From a virus (taxonomy: Duplodnaviria; Caudoviricetes), in IMG/VR virus record IMGVR_UViG_3300005326_000038, positions 1 through 35,354 of that record: 35,354 bases of DNA. One strand, given 5' to 3'. Within the stretch, counting starts at the first letter, position 1, and every line of letters begins with the position of its first letter. A model generated the notes under the pieces. It was not told the origin of the DNA, ran no database searches, and was given only the letters and a program-made list of their open reading frames with translations. Of this stretch, positions 33,896 through 35,354 are shown one piece after another. Position numbers and translations under genes: made by a program.

Positions 33896-35354
33896 TTAAA
33901 ATGTTTTGGAATAGTGAATGTCAAATTCGTCAACAAGCAAATCGCCCGTATAGGCATTATCATCACGGTATAACTTAATAATGAGAACCGATGAGTCCGT
34001 CTTGCCCGTTCCGTCAATAGCCGCAGCACCGTAAATCTTGTTAGAGATAGTGCCTGTTGACCACGTTGCCGTGTTCACGTTCATCGTGTAAGTCGTGAAT
34101 GATGATGGTATTGCTGTTGCCGATGGGTTATACCACTTATAATCCATCTTCATAACAGGTTGTCCAGCGCCAGCAAGTCGGCAGTGCACGTGTGGGATAA
34201 TATCGCTGTCAGGCACTCGCTTGTGCGGTAACTGTGCCACGATATAAACAATTTCAGTTGCGTCATTTTGCGGGAATAATAACCCGATGTTCGTATAATC
34301 AAAATCCGGCTTGCTCGTCGCACCTTGCTTTAAAACCGTTACTGGAAAACGCAAATCTTCTGTTTCGCCAGCGTCAATAACGACTTGCAAATCTTTAACG
34401 TATTTAACCGCAAACGCGCTCTCGTTAACGAACGTACTTGATGTCACATCAATCGTCATGGCAGCGCCCGTCTGTTTTAGATAACCGATAACTGTCGTTT
34501 CAACAACTTCGGTCAGCGGTACAACGACAGTGATAGGGTTAGCGAGTAAGTATGTGTATAACTCAGCGAGCGTATCGGCCGTCGTGTTGGGCAACTTGAT
34601 ACTGAAATAGTGCATGTCGTTGTCAGCGTCCTCGTAGAGCGTGACGGACGCGGTGTCAGCGATGTGAGTAAATAACGATACTTGGGCTGATGGTAGCGTG
34701 TACGCGTCCTCAGTGCCAGCGCCGTCGCCGTCAAGTGGTATTACTACACCGATAGGATTTGCTGCTAAGTACGTATATAACTCGCCGATAGTGTCCGCCG
34801 TTGCGTTCGGTAATCCAACATATAAATATGTCGAGTCAACGTTGAGCGCAAGCCCCGTGCCGATGGCTGCGTCCGAGCCGTCCGCGATGGTGTTATAAGC
34901 CACGACCGTCAGCGGTGTGTTAGCCAAGATCGTTGCAGCGGTGTCAATCGCCCACGTTTCAAGCCCAGCGGGTAACGCGATACGGAATAGCGTGTACGAA
35001 GCCCCGACCGACATAGCCGACCAGCCAGATGATGTCGGTAAGTTAGCTCGGTATGTCTGTGTGACGAACGGCGCGATAGTTTCAGCCGTGTAAATGTCCT
35101 CAAGCCTGATAAAGAATCTCGTGTGTGTCGTCCCGACCTTGCCCAGCGACCAGTAACCAGCGCCCGTTGGCAGAGCAATTCTCGCTGCCCGTAGCGTTAA
35201 TTCATGCACCCTCTCGCCCGTAGATGCGCTGACGTAAGTGTCGTATTCGTCTTTTGCCCCACTCGGTAATGAGTTTAAATACCCAATGCCTGATAGGTCT
35301 AACGAGCGCGTAATCGTTCCGTCAGTGGACGTGATAGTCAGCGGTGAAAATGAC
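33896..35354 (-). CDS. 3' part of the ~1480-aa tail fibre/receptor-binding protein (starts at 3107 across the junction)
   Basis: frame continuous across the repeat (…SGIGYLNSLPSGAKDEYDTYVSASTGERVHELTLR…); internal repeats LYTYLAANPI/LYTYLLANPI. Confidence 0.85.
   Translation of the reverse strand, partial: SFSPLTITSTDGTITRSLDLSGIGYLNSLPSGAKDEYDTYVSASTGERVHELTLRAARIALPTGAGYWSLGKVGTTHTRFFIRLEDIYTAETIAPFVTQTYRANLPTSSGWSAMSVGASYTLFRIALPAGLETWAIDTAATILANTPLTVVAYNTIADGSDAAIGTGLALNVDSTYLYVGLPNATADTIGELYTYLAANPIGVVIPLDGDGAGTEDAYTLPSAQVSLFTHIADTASVTLYEDADNDMHYFSIKLPNTTADTLAELYTYLLANPITVVVPLTEVVETTVIGYLKQTGAAMTIDVTSSTFVNESAFAVKYVKDLQVVIDAGETEDLRFPVTVLKQGATSKPDFDYTNIGLLFPQNDATEIVYIVAQLPHKRVPDSDIIPHVHCRLAGAGQPVMKMDYKWYNPSATAIPSSFTTYTMNVNTATWSTGTISNKIYGAAAIDGTGKTDSSVLIIKLYRDDNAYTGDLLVDEFDIHYSKTF
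35232..35354. repeat. 123-bp exact terminal direct repeat, copy 2
   Basis: identical to 1-123. Confidence 0.95.

Noticed and set aside
1036-34898. All plus-strand ORFs in the track, and short minus-strand ORFs nested in other frames (e.g. 449-712, 1454-1669, 2489-2767)
   Set aside because: They are shadows of longer minus-strand genes, with no RBS or recognisable motifs.
35232-35354. 123-bp repeat as a biological terminal repeat or att site
   Set aside because: It is exact, sits at both contig ends and lies in mid-gene with the frame preserved, which is typical of an assembler overlap.
33896-35354. Diversity-generating retroelement acting on the fibre
   Set aside because: No reverse transcriptase and no TR/VR pair differing at adenines; the repeats are diverged protein-level duplications.

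Overview
The window is an apparently complete ~35.2-kb circular dsDNA tailed-phage (Caudoviricetes) genome. Bases 1-123 are repeated exactly at 35232-35354 and fall inside a gene, so the unit length is 35,231 bp. Every credible gene is on the minus strand and uses the standard code (TGA is a stop, with many ATGA overlaps). The genome splits into two arms. The early arm (31527->16256) carries an XRE HTH, a Cas4-like PD-(D/E)XK nuclease, a Sak4-like ATPase, an SSB-like protein, an NrS-1-like primase-polymerase/SF3 helicase, an SF2 helicase, a ~9-kb AT-richer accessory island (N4/N6 MTase, PAPS-reductase-like, ASCH, two YopX, many small ORFs) and a VRR-NUC. The late arm (16028->1/35231->31842) carries a stand-alone winged-helix protein, TerS, a GT2 glycosyltransferase, TerL, portal, a KTSC protein, scaffold, major capsid, neck proteins, a very reduced tail module, a ~1480-aa fibre gene that spans the contig ends and was missed by the ORF track, and a four-gene membrane/coiled-coil cassette. 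I found no integrase, tRNA, CRISPR array, long tape measure or recognisable endolysin. Three things stand out. (i) Two homologous origin-like non-coding elements each sit between a terminator and a matching promoter at the head of an arm, and the genome has two homologous winged-helix domains. (ii) An endolysin-free membrane cassette and a miniature tail together suggest a phage adapted to a wall-less, code-11 host (Acholeplasmatales/Izemoplasmatales-like; inference). (iii) A glycosyltransferase is translationally coupled between TerS and TerL. All family calls come from motif recognition by eye, not from database searches.
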